Shown here: in pieces, positions 17,480 through 27,539 of the stretch
How positions within the stretch are numbered: the first letter of the stretch is position 1
How the letters are laid out: the number at the start of each line of letters is the position of its first letter
Assembly: GCA_945870885.1 (NCBI GenBank)
Contig: CAMBTR010000002.1
Location: 1 to 47,056 of the forward strand
Direction of reading: 5' to 3'
DNA length: 47,056 bases
Source of the DNA: Chryseobacterium gleum
Lineage (GTDB): Bacteria; Bacteroidota; Bacteroidia; NS11-12g; UBA955
Made by a program: the position numbers and the translations under genes
The notes under the pieces: model-generated
What the model was told of the DNA's origin: nothing
The model's database searches: none
The model's input: the letters and a program-made list of their open reading frames with translations, nothing else

Positions 17480-19189
17480 TTAATGTCCGCTCGTGATTTT
17501 GAGAATCGCAGGACTAGTTAATATTTTCCAGGCATCTTCATTTTGAACCTTGTACAAATACAGACCATCATAGGTATGTCCCAATTGTTCCGTAAAGTTG
17601 AATTGGGGCTTGATGATCAGGCTATCTTGAACGGTTAGGAAGGGCAGTTGGTTTGGGGTTGTGCGGGAGAGAAAATAGCGAGGTTTTTTGGGATTGAAAG
17701 GAAAGTGTTGGGGGTAGAATTCAAAGCCAAAAGTCCAATTTTTGGGATTGGGGGATTGGGCGAGCCAATAATTGGCGATGGGTTCCCCCAGGATATCTCC
17801 GGCGGGGAGGGAATTGAGGTTTTTGTTGAGGAATTCTGTGGCGGTGTTGGGGTTTCTCTGGTTGCGTTGAAGGAGTGCTACGGTATGTCGGATTGTCCAG
17901 GGTGTTACCAAAGAAATGATGAAAATCAAGGAAATCCAGGGTGCAAAGCGATTTGAATGATTATTTTCTGTGGGGATTGCAGATTGGGTGGATTTTAGAA
18001 TATTGCGCCAGTGATTCAAGGGATTCCAAGGAAGTTGAGGTTTGACATTTTGCAAGTAAACGGCGATGACCAAAAGCCCCAAAAGATGCTGTACGGGGTA
18101 GTAGCGGTGTTGGGGGGTAAGAAATATGGCAGTGGGTATCGCAAAAGAAAGGTAGAGTATGGGGAGGAGTAATGTTGTATCGAATGGGTTGAAAAAGTGT
18201 TTTTTGGGGGTTTTAAAGAACGTACTCCATAGGTTGGGTCTAGGGTCATAGAATAAAATTAGCAAACGCAATGCGGCAAACCAATACAATAGATGTAGCA
18301 GTAAAGTATAGGGTTGTTCGATATAATAGGGGATGAACCGGCCAATGAAAAATCCATACAGATTAGATCCAACGGAAGAGCCACTGTGGTCTTCGGCCTG
18401 CATGAACAATTGGGTGGTTAAATCGTGCCATTCGGGCTTTACGACAAGCCAAAATATCGTAATTGGGGCGATTAATCCCAATAGGAATGTCGATCCATGG
18501 GTAAAGGATGATTGTTTTTGGTAATGAATAAAATGATTTACAATCAACGCCGCTGCAATGAATACCAAAGGCCAAGTGTATAGATGTGCGATTGCGAGGC
18601 TGCCTAGGCATAATCCCAGAAATGGCGGGACATGGAATTTACATTGATGGATTAATTTTGGCGCCGTAGATAAAAACAATGCCAATAGAAGCATGATGGG
18701 CGTTTCCACGCGAAGGCTTCTGGCAATCTCTCCGGTGGATTTATCGAACAGAAACAACGCAGTGATCAATAATGCCAGCTGCTCAATGATTTTAGGCGAA
18801 TAGGGTTCGGGCTGTTTTCTTGTTGAAGAGTCCGCAGAAAGCAGATGGACTACAAATCGATAAAGAAGTAAGGCTGTAAGTAGATGAAAAATCAAGAAAG
18901 GAAATCGAACGATCCATACGGATTGACCAAAATAGAGCCAAAGGCAGTGCCATGCTTCCAAAAGAGGGGGATAGCTGAGAAACTTAGATTCGGCACCGGG
19001 ATTCGGCCAAAGTGGTGAGCAATATTTTCCGGTGTGGTGCCAAACCAAGCCGGGGTCGAGGTTTTGAATTTCATCATTCCATGCAATTGGCAGGCGATCT
19101 AAATTGACGAGTCCCGCAATTAGATAAATTCCAACCAATAGGAAAATCCATGGAACGTTGAGTTGGCCGATGGAAAGTCTTTTGTTCAT
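17480..19189 (-). CDS. Polytopic membrane protein, GT-C fold glycosyltransferase-like (ArnT/PMT, GT39-like)
   Basis: About 12 TM helices, a first-loop acidic motif (IAWNDE) and a roughly 170-aa soluble C-terminal domain. Start set to ATG 19189 (MNKRLS); the track begins at TTG 19210. Confidence 0.5.
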   Translation of the reverse strand: MNKRLSIGQLNVPWIFLLVGIYLIAGLVNLDRLPIAWNDEIQNLDPGLVWHHTGKYCSPLWPNPGAESKFLSYPPLLEAWHCLWLYFGQSVWIVRFPFLIFHLLTALLLYRFVVHLLSADSSTRKQPEPYSPKIIEQLALLITALFLFDKSTGEIARSLRVETPIMLLLALFLSTAPKLIHQCKFHVPPFLGLCLGSLAIAHLYTWPLVFIAAALIVNHFIHYQKQSSFTHGSTFLLGLIAPITIFWLVVKPEWHDLTTQLFMQAEDHSGSSVGSNLYGFFIGRFIPYYIEQPYTLLLHLLYWFAALRLLILFYDPRPNLWSTFFKTPKKHFFNPFDTTLLLPILYLSFAIPTAIFLTPQHRYYPVQHLLGLLVIAVYLQNVKPQLPWNPLNHWRNILKSTQSAIPTENNHSNRFAPWISLIFIISLVTPWTIRHTVALLQRNQRNPNTATEFLNKNLNSLPAGDILGEPIANYWLAQSPNPKNWTFGFEFYPQHFPFNPKKPRYFLSRTTPNQLPFLTVQDSLIIKPQFNFTEQLGHTYDGLYLYKVQNEDAWKILTSPAILKITSGH

Positions 19190-19232
19190 GGTTGCAATGC
19201 CCAAACCCAAAGGCGATTTTTTGCGATGGATA

Positions 19233-19724
19233 TTACTCGAATCGAATCAGAATGTAGTTTTTGTCTACGGCTTGACCTTTAGAAACATTGATGGAGGCAA
19301 CGACACCCGCGGTGGGTGATTTGATGGCATTTTCCATTTTCATTGCTTCAAGAACAAGGATTTTTTGACCTACCTCAACTGTATCGCCGGGAGAAACCAA
19401 AACATCGAGAACCAAACCTGGCATAGGCGCTTTGACTTCAGAAATCTTTTGAACCAATGCATTTTCTAGGCCCATAGATTTAAGAAGTTCATCCATTGGC
19501 TCGGTAATTTTGGCGCTATATTTTTGGTTGTTATACAGTAATGTGACCGTTTTATTCGCTTTATCGATTCCAATACATCGCACCTGAATGGTTTGATTTT
19601 TCGTTTGGATGAGAAGGGTATTTTCGGACTGGGGTATGAACGACACATTTGGGTTTGCCTGGGCTACCCATTGGTTATCAACTTTTACCAATTCGATTTT
19701 GCTGTTTTGAATGTCGACTTTCAT
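19233..19724 (-). CDS. Biotin carboxyl carrier-type protein (biotinyl domain)
   Basis: 163 aa. C-terminal biotinyl domain with the EAMKMEN attachment motif, and a roughly 80-aa N-terminal domain of unclear role. Confidence 0.85.
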   Translation of the reverse strand: MKVDIQNSKIELVKVDNQWVAQANPNVSFIPQSENTLLIQTKNQTIQVRCIGIDKANKTVTLLYNNQKYSAKITEPMDELLKSMGLENALVQKISEVKAPMPGLVLDVLVSPGDTVEVGQKILVLEAMKMENAIKSPTAGVVASINVSKGQAVDKNYILIRFE

Positions 19725-19727
19725 GAT

Positions 19728-20705
19728 TTACACATTTCTATCAATGACAAAATTCACTAAATTCTGCAATGATTGTTTGTCTTCTTTGTTGGCAGGGATA
19801 GATTCAAGTATTTCGAATGCGCGGTCGCGGAACTCATTCATTTTGATTTTGGCGTATGACATACCACCATGGATTGTTATGAATTCTATCACGTCCGTCA
19901 ACTTTTGTTTTTCGTTGGTATTGGATCGAATCAACTTTTTGATTTTTCTCACGTCGGAAGGCGTGGCTTTTGAAAAAGCATGGATGATTGGGAGGGTTAA
20001 TTTCCGTTCTTTAATATCAACGCCAGCGGGTTTTCCTGATTTGTTATCGCCAAAATCAAAAAGGTCGTCCCGAATTTGGAAGGCAAGGCCAATTTGTTCA
20101 CCAAACTGTCGCATCTTCTTTTGAATTTCATTGTCGGGCGTGGTTGATGCGGCACCAATTTCACAGCAGGCTGCAATGAGCGATGCTGTTTTTTGTTTGA
20201 TTATTTGAAAGTACACTTCTTCAGTGGCATTCATGAAACGTGCGCGTTCCAGCTGCAACAATTCTCCTTCGCTCATGTCTTTCACGGCATTAGAGAGCAC
20301 TTCAAGCATATCGAAATCGCGGTGTTCAACGGCCAGAAGCAATCCTCGGGAGAGGAGGTAATCGCCTACTAACACAGCGACTTTGTTTTTCCAAAGGGCG
20401 TTAATGCTAAAGAATCCACGACGCAAATAGCTTTCATCTACTACATCGTCGTGTACCAATGTGGCGGTATGTAGGAGTTCTACCAAAGAGGCTCCGCGGT
20501 AGGTTCGGATATTGATATCGCCGAACAATTTGGCGGTATACATCACGAACAAAGGACGTATTTGCTTTCCTTTTCGCTTAAGGATATAGTTGAGAACGAT
20601 GTCTAATAAGGGCACGCGTGTTTTCATGCTCTGTTTGAACATGATTTCGAATGCGTTTAGCTCCTTTTCGATGGGTTTTTTAATCGCCTCTAACGATACA
20701 CTCAT
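19728..20705 (-). CDS. Long-chain polyprenyl diphosphate synthase (IspB-like)
   Basis: 325 aa. First Asp-rich motif LVHDDVVDES and second motif QIRDDLFD. Confidence 0.9.
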   Translation of the reverse strand: MSVSLEAIKKPIEKELNAFEIMFKQSMKTRVPLLDIVLNYILKRKGKQIRPLFVMYTAKLFGDINIRTYRGASLVELLHTATLVHDDVVDESYLRRGFFSINALWKNKVAVLVGDYLLSRGLLLAVEHRDFDMLEVLSNAVKDMSEGELLQLERARFMNATEEVYFQIIKQKTASLIAACCEIGAASTTPDNEIQKKMRQFGEQIGLAFQIRDDLFDFGDNKSGKPAGVDIKERKLTLPIIHAFSKATPSDVRKIKKLIRSNTNEKQKLTDVIEFITIHGGMSYAKIKMNEFRDRAFEILESIPANKEDKQSLQNLVNFVIDRNV

Positions 20706-20768
20706 GACGGTGTTGCGAAGGTAATATTTTCTTTGGGTGTATTGAATATTTGGCAGTAATTTGCTGTT

Positions 20769-21656
20769 ATGATCTGGAAATGGGTTTTGGGATGTTTTTT
20801 CATTGGACTGGCCTCATGTGGGGTAATGAAACATAAAAAAGCAAATACTGAGATGACGGTAAACAAAGGAATACAGGTGGAAATCGTGGACAATGTGTCG
20901 AATGAGTTATGGAAGTTGCATCCCACTTTGCATTTTATGAGGGGTGAGTTGATGGCTATGGCCAAAGCTACGGGTGATTATTCAGCAAGTTCAGGTTCGA
21001 TGGTGGATGATTCAGCAATGCGGGCAGATGCGCAACTGTTTTGGGACGATTTTGAAACAGAGTATATGATGTATTCGCCGAGTGAGGCTTTATTAAAACA
21101 ATTGGATAGTGTGCTGCGGTCGAAGGTATTGAATGCGGGCAGCGGTCTAATTACTTTGCCAACTTTCCGAATGCTGATGATTGGAGGAAATTGGTGTTCG
21201 GATACTAGGATGGGATTGCCTCGTTTGTGTAAGGTATTGGATCAGTTGATGTTGACATCAGAAGGCAATGTGGTAATTTCAAAAACCGAATTGGAAGTGA
21301 GCAGTGTACGTCTGGTCTTGGATTATTTGCGGGTAGATCGCAATAAGAAATTTATAGAGTCTGACAAGGCCCATAAGTATGTTTTACATGGGGGTTTATC
21401 TAATATTATGGATGGCAGTACCGGGGGAATCAATTTGAAACAGGAGAAAGCGGGTCGGGTTCCCGAGGGGGTATTTTCTCAGAAATTCGTATCGAGGAAT
21501 AGCGCAGAGGTGCTAGTTGACCAGGTAGACGATAGCTGGGTTTTTATGGGTAGCATTTTAGAAATGCCAATAAAAAGTTGGGAAGCTGATTTCTTAAAAT
21601 TATTTGTTGAAGCGGTGGATGCCTCGTTCTACCAAGACCTACAGTTCAAAAAGTAA
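20769..21656 (+). CDS. Hypothetical lipoprotein with a possible thioredoxin-like fold
   Basis: Lipobox FIGLASC. Central MLMIGGNWCSDTRMGLP resembles a thioredoxin-fold active-site region, but only one Cys is present. Confidence 0.45.
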   Translation: MIWKWVLGCFFIGLASCGVMKHKKANTEMTVNKGIQVEIVDNVSNELWKLHPTLHFMRGELMAMAKATGDYSASSGSMVDDSAMRADAQLFWDDFETEYMMYSPSEALLKQLDSVLRSKVLNAGSGLITLPTFRMLMIGGNWCSDTRMGLPRLCKVLDQLMLTSEGNVVISKTELEVSSVRLVLDYLRVDRNKKFIESDKAHKYVLHGGLSNIMDGSTGGINLKQEKAGRVPEGVFSQKFVSRNSAEVLVDQVDDSWVFMGSILEMPIKSWEADFLKLFVEAVDASFYQDLQFKK

Positions 21657-21662
21657 AATTTC

Positions 21663-22286
21663 TTATTGAAATAGTAGGGGAACACTTTTTCTCTCTATTA
21701 CTGTGGCTTGCCACAACTCAGAAAAGAATGCCATGCTGGTTGCGTATCGTTTTTTGAATTGCGTTGCTTTGCCGTACAGAGCGACGATTAGCGATATTCC
21801 GCAGATCAAAAACACATAAGCCAAAGAGGGTTTTAGTGCTGTGAGAATTCCATGAATGATATCCGACATTTCAGATGGGGCTGGGATATGAACTTGATTG
21901 GCAATGGCGACAAAAAATCCGACAAAACAAGCCAGTGTAGCGATGGCATAGAGTAAAAAGATTCTTTGATGTTGCCAAGCGCCCAATTGAATTCTCATGT
22001 ACATTTCATTTTCGGAACCTCTAAAGTCGCCAGTTATGAAATTCACCAAACGGTCTCCTTTTTCGATGGTCTCTAGGGTGAAATCTTGGTCGGATAGCTC
22101 ACCAAAGAAAGCCCTTGGGTTTGCGTCTGGTTTACGATAACCATGATCAGATAAAAACGTATGTTTTAACAGCTGGTCGTGCAGTGTTTGCCTTGTTAGA
22201 CTGCTTTGCAGGTAAACAATTTTAAACGGATAAATAAACATTTGTTGGTGGCGTGGATTTTTAAGTAGTTCTGATACCAAACCCAT
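21663..22286 (-). CDS. Hypothetical membrane protein
   Basis: 207 aa. Soluble N-terminal half followed by two clear TM helices. No motif I recognise. Confidence 0.45.
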   Translation of the reverse strand: MGLVSELLKNPRHQQMFIYPFKIVYLQSSLTRQTLHDQLLKHTFLSDHGYRKPDANPRAFFGELSDQDFTLETIEKGDRLVNFITGDFRGSENEMYMRIQLGAWQHQRIFLLYAIATLACFVGFFVAIANQVHIPAPSEMSDIIHGILTALKPSLAYVFLICGISLIVALYGKATQFKKRYATSMAFFSELWQATVIERKSVPLLFQ

Positions 22287-22524
22287 TACAAAGTACGTGA
22301 ATTTCCCTGGGACTTGAGGAATTGTGAGTTAGAGGCGTATTTTTTTGTTTTTTTGTGCAATGTCTACTTTTTATGTCAGGTATAACTAATTGATAGTGAG
22401 TTTGATACACGCGAAGCCCCGTCGTTGTTGGGTTGACATGTTTTCAACAGCCTAAAGCCAAATTTATCAAGGGTTTGAGGCATTTGTGTGGAAAACATGA
22501 TTGTGTGGGTGGCATTTGCTAGAA

Positions 22525-22532
22525 TAGATTTG
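22525..22532 (+). promoter_or_regulatory. Candidate -7 box TAGATTTG for nrdJ
   Basis: The only exact TAnnTTTG I found in the 302-nt upstream region. A TTG lies 21 nt upstream (22501-22503), and the box is 56 nt before ATG 22589. Confidence 0.35.
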
Positions 22533-22588
22533 CTATTCACAAAAAACTTTTAAATCAATAAAATCATCACAACCCAATTGTAATAACC

Positions 22589-25500
22589 ATGAGCCAACAA
22601 ACCGTTAACACCAAGGGGCTAAATTTTGCCCGTATGAACACCGCCGATGGTGTATCTCCTTTCGATTTATTTAAGTACGATTATCGCACATCAGTTATTA
22701 AGAAGCCAGACGGAAGTGTGGTTTTTGAAATGAAGAATGTTGAGGTACCAGAAGGATGGAGTCAGGTAGCCACCGATATTTTAGCGCAAAAGTATTTCCG
22801 TAAGGCTGGGGTTCCTCAGGCGGATGGCAGTTTGGGATGTGAAAGCTCTGTAAAGGAGGTTACTCATCGTCTTGCTGCATGTTGGAGACATTGGGGTGAA
22901 AAGTATGGTTATTTTGAAAATGCATCTGATGCTCAGGTGTTTTATGATGAATTGATTTATTCGTTGTTGAATCAGGAATCGGCTCCTAATTCACCACAGT
23001 GGTTTAATACTGGCTTACATAACAGTTATGCAATTACGGGCAAGCCACAGGGTCACTATTTTGTAGATCCTGATACTGAGAAGTTGATGAAGAGTACCTC
23101 AGCTTACGAGCGTCCTCAACCCCACGCTTGTTTCATTTTGTCGGTTGATGATGATTTGGTTAACGAAGGTGGTATCATGGATTTGTGGGTTCGTGAAGCG
23201 CGTATTTTCAAATATGGTTCAGGTGTAGGAACTAACTTTAGCAAGGTTCGTGGATCGGGCGAGAAGTTGAGTGGTGGCGGAACAAGTTCTGGTTTGATGA
23301 GTTTCTTGAAGATTGGCGATCGTTCTGCGGGTGCTATCAAGAGTGGCGGAACTACACGCCGTGCCGCTAAGATGGTTTGCTTGGATTTGGATCACCCAGA
23401 TGCCATGGAGTTCATCAAATGGAAGAGCACAGAAGAGCGCAAGGTGGCTGCCTTGATTGCTGCTGGATATTCTAACGATTACGAAGGCGAGGCCTATAAT
23501 ACGGTGAGCGGACAGAACAGTAACAACTCTGTACGTATCCCACATAGTTTCTTCCACAAGTTGGAGAAAGGCGAGAGCTGGGATTTTATTGCACGTTCTA
23601 ACGGTGAGGTGATGAACAGCATGCCTGCCAAAGAAGTTTGGGATGCAATTAGTGATGCGGCATGGGCTTGTGCGGATCCTGGAGTTCAATACGACGATAC
23701 AATCAACGAGTGGCATACTTGTCCAGAGGGCGGAAGAATCAACGCTTCTAACCCATGTTCTGAGTATATGTTCTTGGACAACACTGCTTGTAACTTGGCT
23801 TCATTGAACTTGAGAAAATTCTTCTATGAGGACAGCAAGACGTTTGACATGGAGAAATTTGAGTACAGTGCACGTTTGTGGACGACAGTATTGGAAATTT
23901 CTGTGTTGATGGCTCAGTTCCCATCAAAGGAAGTGGCTCAGTTGAGCTATGATTATCGCACTTTGGGATTGGGTTATGCCAACTTGGGTTCTGTATTGAT
24001 GAGCGCAGGCATTCCTTACGATTCTTCAGAGGCTACAGCGATTTGCGGCGCGATCACAGCAATTTTGACAGGAACGGCTTATGCGACATCAGCGGAAATG
24101 GCGGCAGTAAAAGGTCCATTCCGTATGTACGAGAAAAACAAGAAGCACATGTTGCGCGTTATCCGCAACCACAGATATGCGGCATACAATACGCCTTTGG
24201 CATTTGAAGGATTGGGAATTAAGCCCGTTTGTTTGGATGAGAAGCATTGCCCTGATTACTTATTGAAAGCAGCTTGTAACGCTTGGGACAAAGCAGCACA
24301 GTGGGGTGAGAAGTACGGTTTCCGTAACGCTCAATCTACCGTTATTGCTCCAACGGGAACCATTGGATTGTTGATGGATTGCGATACTACCGGTATCGAG
24401 CCTGACTTTGCTTTGGTGAAATATAAGAAATTGAGCGGTGGTGGATACTTTAAAATTGTAAACCAAACTGTGCCAGTGGCATTGAAGCATTTGGGCTATG
24501 ATGTAAAGCAAACTCAGGACATCGTTGATTATGCAAAAGGTCACCAGACTTTCAAGGGTGCGCCTCATATCAACCACGATAGCTTAACAGCTTTGGGTTT
24601 CAACGATGCAGATTTGGCAAAGTTGGAGTCAGAAGCACCGATGGCATTTGAGATTGGATTTGTATTCAATCAATATTCTTTGGGCGAAGAAACTTTACAG
24701 CGTTTGGGCTTTGATTCAGCGCAGTACAACAACCCACGCTTCAACATGTTGCAGGCACTGGGTTTCACCCGCGAACAAATTGCTGCTTGTAACGATTTTG
24801 TGACTGGAACCATGACCATTGAGGGAGCACCACACTTGAAAGAAGAGCATTACTCGGTATTCGATTGCGCTAATAAATGCGGGGACAAAAGCGTTCGTTT
24901 CATCCATGCCAATGCCCATATCCGTATGATGGCTGCTGCCCAACCTTTCCTTTCGGGTGCAATTTCAAAGACCATCAACTTGCCAAATGAGGCATCCGTT
25001 GATGAGATCAAAGAATGTTACCACTTGAGTTGGTCATTGGGTTTGAAATCTAATGCTTTATATCGCGATGGTAGCAAGTTGAGTCAGCCTTTGAGCAATA
25101 AGTCTGAGACGGAAGAGGACAATACGGAAGAGAAAGCAACGGCTTCAACCGACAGTGCTGCTGCACCGAAGGTTGCAAGTGTGGGTGAGTTAACCCCAGA
25201 GATGGTTTTGGAGGCCGCTAAGCGCATTTTGAGTGAGAGTCCTGATACAAAGTTCAAACGTCAGTTATCGAACATCGTAGAGAAGAAGCGTTTGCCAAAC
25301 CGCAGAAACGGATTTACCCAAAAGGGTCGTGTGGGAGGACAGACAATTTTTGTTCGTACGGGGGAGTATGACGACGGAACGTTGGGAGAGATCTTCATTG
25401 ATATGCACAAAGAGGGCGCGAGTTTCCGCAGTTTGATGAACTGTTTCTCTATTGCGGTATCGGTTGGATTGCAGTATGGTGTACCATTGGAGGAGTTCGT

Positions 25501-25912
25501 AGACAAGTTTGCATTCACTCGTTTTGAGCCAAGTGGTATGGTTGAAGGTCATCCTAACGTGAAAAACGCGACATCAATTGTAGATTATATCTTTAGATTG
25601 TTGGGCTTTGAATATTTGCGCAGGGAGGATTTGGTACAGGTGAAGCCAAGTGATTTGCGTGCACCTGAGGCTGTTGAGGCACCGGTTGTTAGTGAGTTCC
25701 ATCCGGTCTTCAATCCAGAGCCAGCACCATCGGTTTCAGCGGCGCCAGCAGTGGTTTCAAGCGAGCCTTTACGTAGCAAGTTTGATATGCAAGATCATAT
25801 GAGAGAGATTCAGAGCGATGCTCCGGCGTGTAATGTTTGCGGTCATATTACGGTTCGCAGCGGAACATGTTATAAGTGCTTGAACTGTGGAAACAGTTTG
25901 GGTTGTAGCTAA
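22589..25912 (+). CDS. nrdJ: Adenosylcobalamin-dependent (class II) ribonucleotide reductase
   Basis: 1107 aa. Characteristic N-terminus ([14 protein letters not shown]), active-site SNPCSEY...ACNLASLNL, a C-terminal TSCPD-type module ([11 protein letters not shown]), a Pro/Ala/Ser linker and a terminal Cys cluster. Confidence 0.95.
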   Translation: MSQQTVNTKGLNFARMNTADGVSPFDLFKYDYRTSVIKKPDGSVVFEMKNVEVPEGWSQVATDILAQKYFRKAGVPQADGSLGCESSVKEVTHRLAACWRHWGEKYGYFENASDAQVFYDELIYSLLNQESAPNSPQWFNTGLHNSYAITGKPQGHYFVDPDTEKLMKSTSAYERPQPHACFILSVDDDLVNEGGIMDLWVREARIFKYGSGVGTNFSKVRGSGEKLSGGGTSSGLMSFLKIGDRSAGAIKSGGTTRRAAKMVCLDLDHPDAMEFIKWKSTEERKVAALIAAGYSNDYEGEAYNTVSGQNSNNSVRIPHSFFHKLEKGESWDFIARSNGEVMNSMPAKEVWDAISDAAWACADPGVQYDDTINEWHTCPEGGRINASNPCSEYMFLDNTACNLASLNLRKFFYEDSKTFDMEKFEYSARLWTTVLEISVLMAQFPSKEVAQLSYDYRTLGLGYANLGSVLMSAGIPYDSSEATAICGAITAILTGTAYATSAEMAAVKGPFRMYEKNKKHMLRVIRNHRYAAYNTPLAFEGLGIKPVCLDEKHCPDYLLKAACNAWDKAAQWGEKYGFRNAQSTVIAPTGTIGLLMDCDTTGIEPDFALVKYKKLSGGGYFKIVNQTVPVALKHLGYDVKQTQDIVDYAKGHQTFKGAPHINHDSLTALGFNDADLAKLESEAPMAFEIGFVFNQYSLGEETLQRLGFDSAQYNNPRFNMLQALGFTREQIAACNDFVTGTMTIEGAPHLKEEHYSVFDCANKCGDKSVRFIHANAHIRMMAAAQPFLSGAISKTINLPNEASVDEIKECYHLSWSLGLKSNALYRDGSKLSQPLSNKSETEEDNTEEKATASTDSAAAPKVASVGELTPEMVLEAAKRILSESPDTKFKRQLSNIVEKKRLPNRRNGFTQKGRVGGQTIFVRTGEYDDGTLGEIFIDMHKEGASFRSLMNCFSIAVSVGLQYGVPLEEFVDKFAFTRFEPSGMVEGHPNVKNATSIVDYIFRLLGFEYLRREDLVQVKPSDLRAPEAVEAPVVSEFHPVFNPEPAPSVSAAPAVVSSEPLRSKFDMQDHMREIQSDAPACNVCGHITVRSGTCYKCLNCGNSLGCS

Positions 25913-25966
25913 GCGAAGCGAGGATTTGCGAGGATTTGCAATTCTTGAAAAAATTAGATAATGTGG

Positions 25967-26006
25967 GGACCCCCAGCGGCGCAGCCGCTGGGGGTCCTTC
26001 TTTTAA
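25967..26006 (+). terminator. Rho-independent terminator after nrdJ
   Basis: Perfect 14-bp GC-rich stem GGACCCCCAGCGGC (25967-25980) / GCCGCTGGGGGTCC (25984-25997), loop GCA, then TTCTTTT. Confidence 0.85.
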
Positions 26007-26038
26007 AAAATTTCCCATCCCCCCAACCCAAAACAATT

Positions 26039-26046
26039 TAACTTTG
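26039..26046 (+). promoter_or_regulatory. Candidate -7 box TAACTTTG for proS
   Basis: Exact TAnnTTTG, 14 nt upstream of ATG 26061 and just downstream of the nrdJ terminator. Confidence 0.4.
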
Positions 26047-26060
26047 TAAACATTACAATT

Positions 26061-27539
26061 ATGGCTTTCGAAAAAGTAAAACGCAGCGAGAATTACAGTG
26101 AATGGTATAATAACCTAGTTAAAAATGCCGACCTAGCAGAACATAGTGCCGTGAAAGGTTGCATGGTCATCAAACCCTATGGCTACGCCATTTGGGAGAA
26201 AATGCAACGACAACTCGATGATATGTTCAAAGAAACAGGTCACGTTAATGCCTATTTCCCGCTCTTCGTCCCCAAAAGCCTTTTCGAAAAAGAAGAAAAA
26301 AACGCCGAAGGATTCGCCAAAGAATGCGCGGTGGTAACTCACTATCGACTCAAAGCAAACCCCGATAAACCAGGTCATCTCATGGTCGATCCCGATTCAA
26401 AATTGGAGGAAGAATTGATTGTTCGACCTACCTCAGAGGCCATCATCTGGAATACTTACAAAAATTGGATTCAAAGCTATCGCGATCTTCCAATTCTTAT
26501 TAACCAATGGGCCAACGTGGTTCGATGGGAAATGCGCACGCGATTGTTTTTGCGCACCGCCGAATTCTTATGGCAAGAAGGTCATACCGCTCACGCAACC
26601 AAAGAGGAAGCATTGGTAGAAGCTCGGAAAATGTTGGATGTGTATTCTGAATTTGCCGAAACCTTTATGGCTGTGCCTGTGATCAAAGGCGTAAAAACCG
26701 AAAAAGAGCGCTTTGCCGGTGCCGATGATACCTACTGTATCGAAGGGATGATGCAAGATGGAAAAGCACTGCAAATGGGAACAAGTCACTTTTTGGGACA
26801 GAATTTTGCCAAGGCCTTTGATGTGAAATTCCAAAGTAAGGAAGGCAAATTGGAATACGTTTGGGCTACCAGCTGGGGCGTTTCTACCCGATTGATGGGT
26901 GCTTTGATTATGACACACAGCGACGATGAAGGGTTGGTATTGCCACCAAAATTGGCACCGATTCATGTCGTTATTGTCCCTGTATATCGCAGTGATGAAG
27001 ATTTAGAGAAGATCAAAGGGGCCATGAAGCCACTGTCGGTTCAGTTAAAAGCGTTGGGATTGACCGTTAAATTTGACGATCGCGATACCTACAAGCCCGG
27101 CTATAAGTTTGCCGAGTGGGAATTGAAGGGTGTACCTGTTCGCTTGGCGGTGGGTATGCGTGATTTGGAGTCTGGCACGGTTGAAGTTGCTCGTCGTGAT
27201 ACCAAGGAGAAGTTTGTTGTCGCCATGAATGATCTCCAAGCTCGCATCGTTTCGTTGATGGATGAAATACAGCAAAATTTATTTGTTCGCGCAGCAAAAT
27301 ATCGTGAAGAGAAAACCCAGGAGGTCAACAGTTGGGACGAATTTTTGGAGGTGATCAACGTAAAAGAGGGATTTGCCATTGCGCATTGGGACGGAACGGG
27401 AGAGACCGAAGAGAAGATCAAGGAATTGACCAAAGCCACCATTCGTTGTATTGCGATTGATCAGAAATTTGAAGATGGGGTTTGCGTTTACTCAGGAAAG
27501 CCAAGTAAGGGCAGAGTGGTATTCGCGAAAGCGTATTAA
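26061..27539 (+). CDS. proS: Prolyl-tRNA synthetase (archaeal/eukaryote-like type)
   Basis: 492 aa class II aaRS with no bacterial insertion/editing domain. Has an anticodon-binding domain and a C-terminal domain ending ...FAKAY, with the terminal Tyr typical of this type. Confidence 0.95.
   Translation: MAFEKVKRSENYSEWYNNLVKNADLAEHSAVKGCMVIKPYGYAIWEKMQRQLDDMFKETGHVNAYFPLFVPKSLFEKEEKNAEGFAKECAVVTHYRLKANPDKPGHLMVDPDSKLEEELIVRPTSEAIIWNTYKNWIQSYRDLPILINQWANVVRWEMRTRLFLRTAEFLWQEGHTAHATKEEALVEARKMLDVYSEFAETFMAVPVIKGVKTEKERFAGADDTYCIEGMMQDGKALQMGTSHFLGQNFAKAFDVKFQSKEGKLEYVWATSWGVSTRLMGALIMTHSDDEGLVLPPKLAPIHVVIVPVYRSDEDLEKIKGAMKPLSVQLKALGLTVKFDDRDTYKPGYKFAEWELKGVPVRLAVGMRDLESGTVEVARRDTKEKFVVAMNDLQARIVSLMDEIQQNLFVRAAKYREEKTQEVNSWDEFLEVINVKEGFAIAHWDGTGETEEKIKELTKATIRCIAIDQKFEDGVCVYSGKPSKGRVVFAKAY

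Noticed and set aside
22340-22354. T7-G-T7 tract as a phase-variable homopolymer switch
   Set aside because: The runs are short (7 nt). They lie far from any promoter spacer I can define, and no recombinase or contingency-type gene is adjacent.
22287-22588. Cobalamin riboswitch upstream of the B12-dependent RNR gene
   Set aside because: I find no B12-box-like element or the conserved GC-rich core by eye. B12 riboswitches normally repress B12-independent isozymes or transporters, not the B12-dependent enzyme. An Rfam scan would settle it.
22589-25912. Intein or mobile insertion inside the long (1107 aa) NrdJ
   Set aside because: There is no Cys/Ser...HN-Cys/Ser/Thr splice-junction pattern or endonuclease motifs. 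The extra length is explained by the LGF-repeat insert, the TSCPD-like module, the linker and the Cys tail common to long class II RNRs.
25918-25937. Tandem 10-mer GCGAGGATTT x2 immediately after the nrdJ stop
   Set aside because: There are only two copies, no further array and no flanking structure. It is likely a trivial duplication upstream of the terminator.
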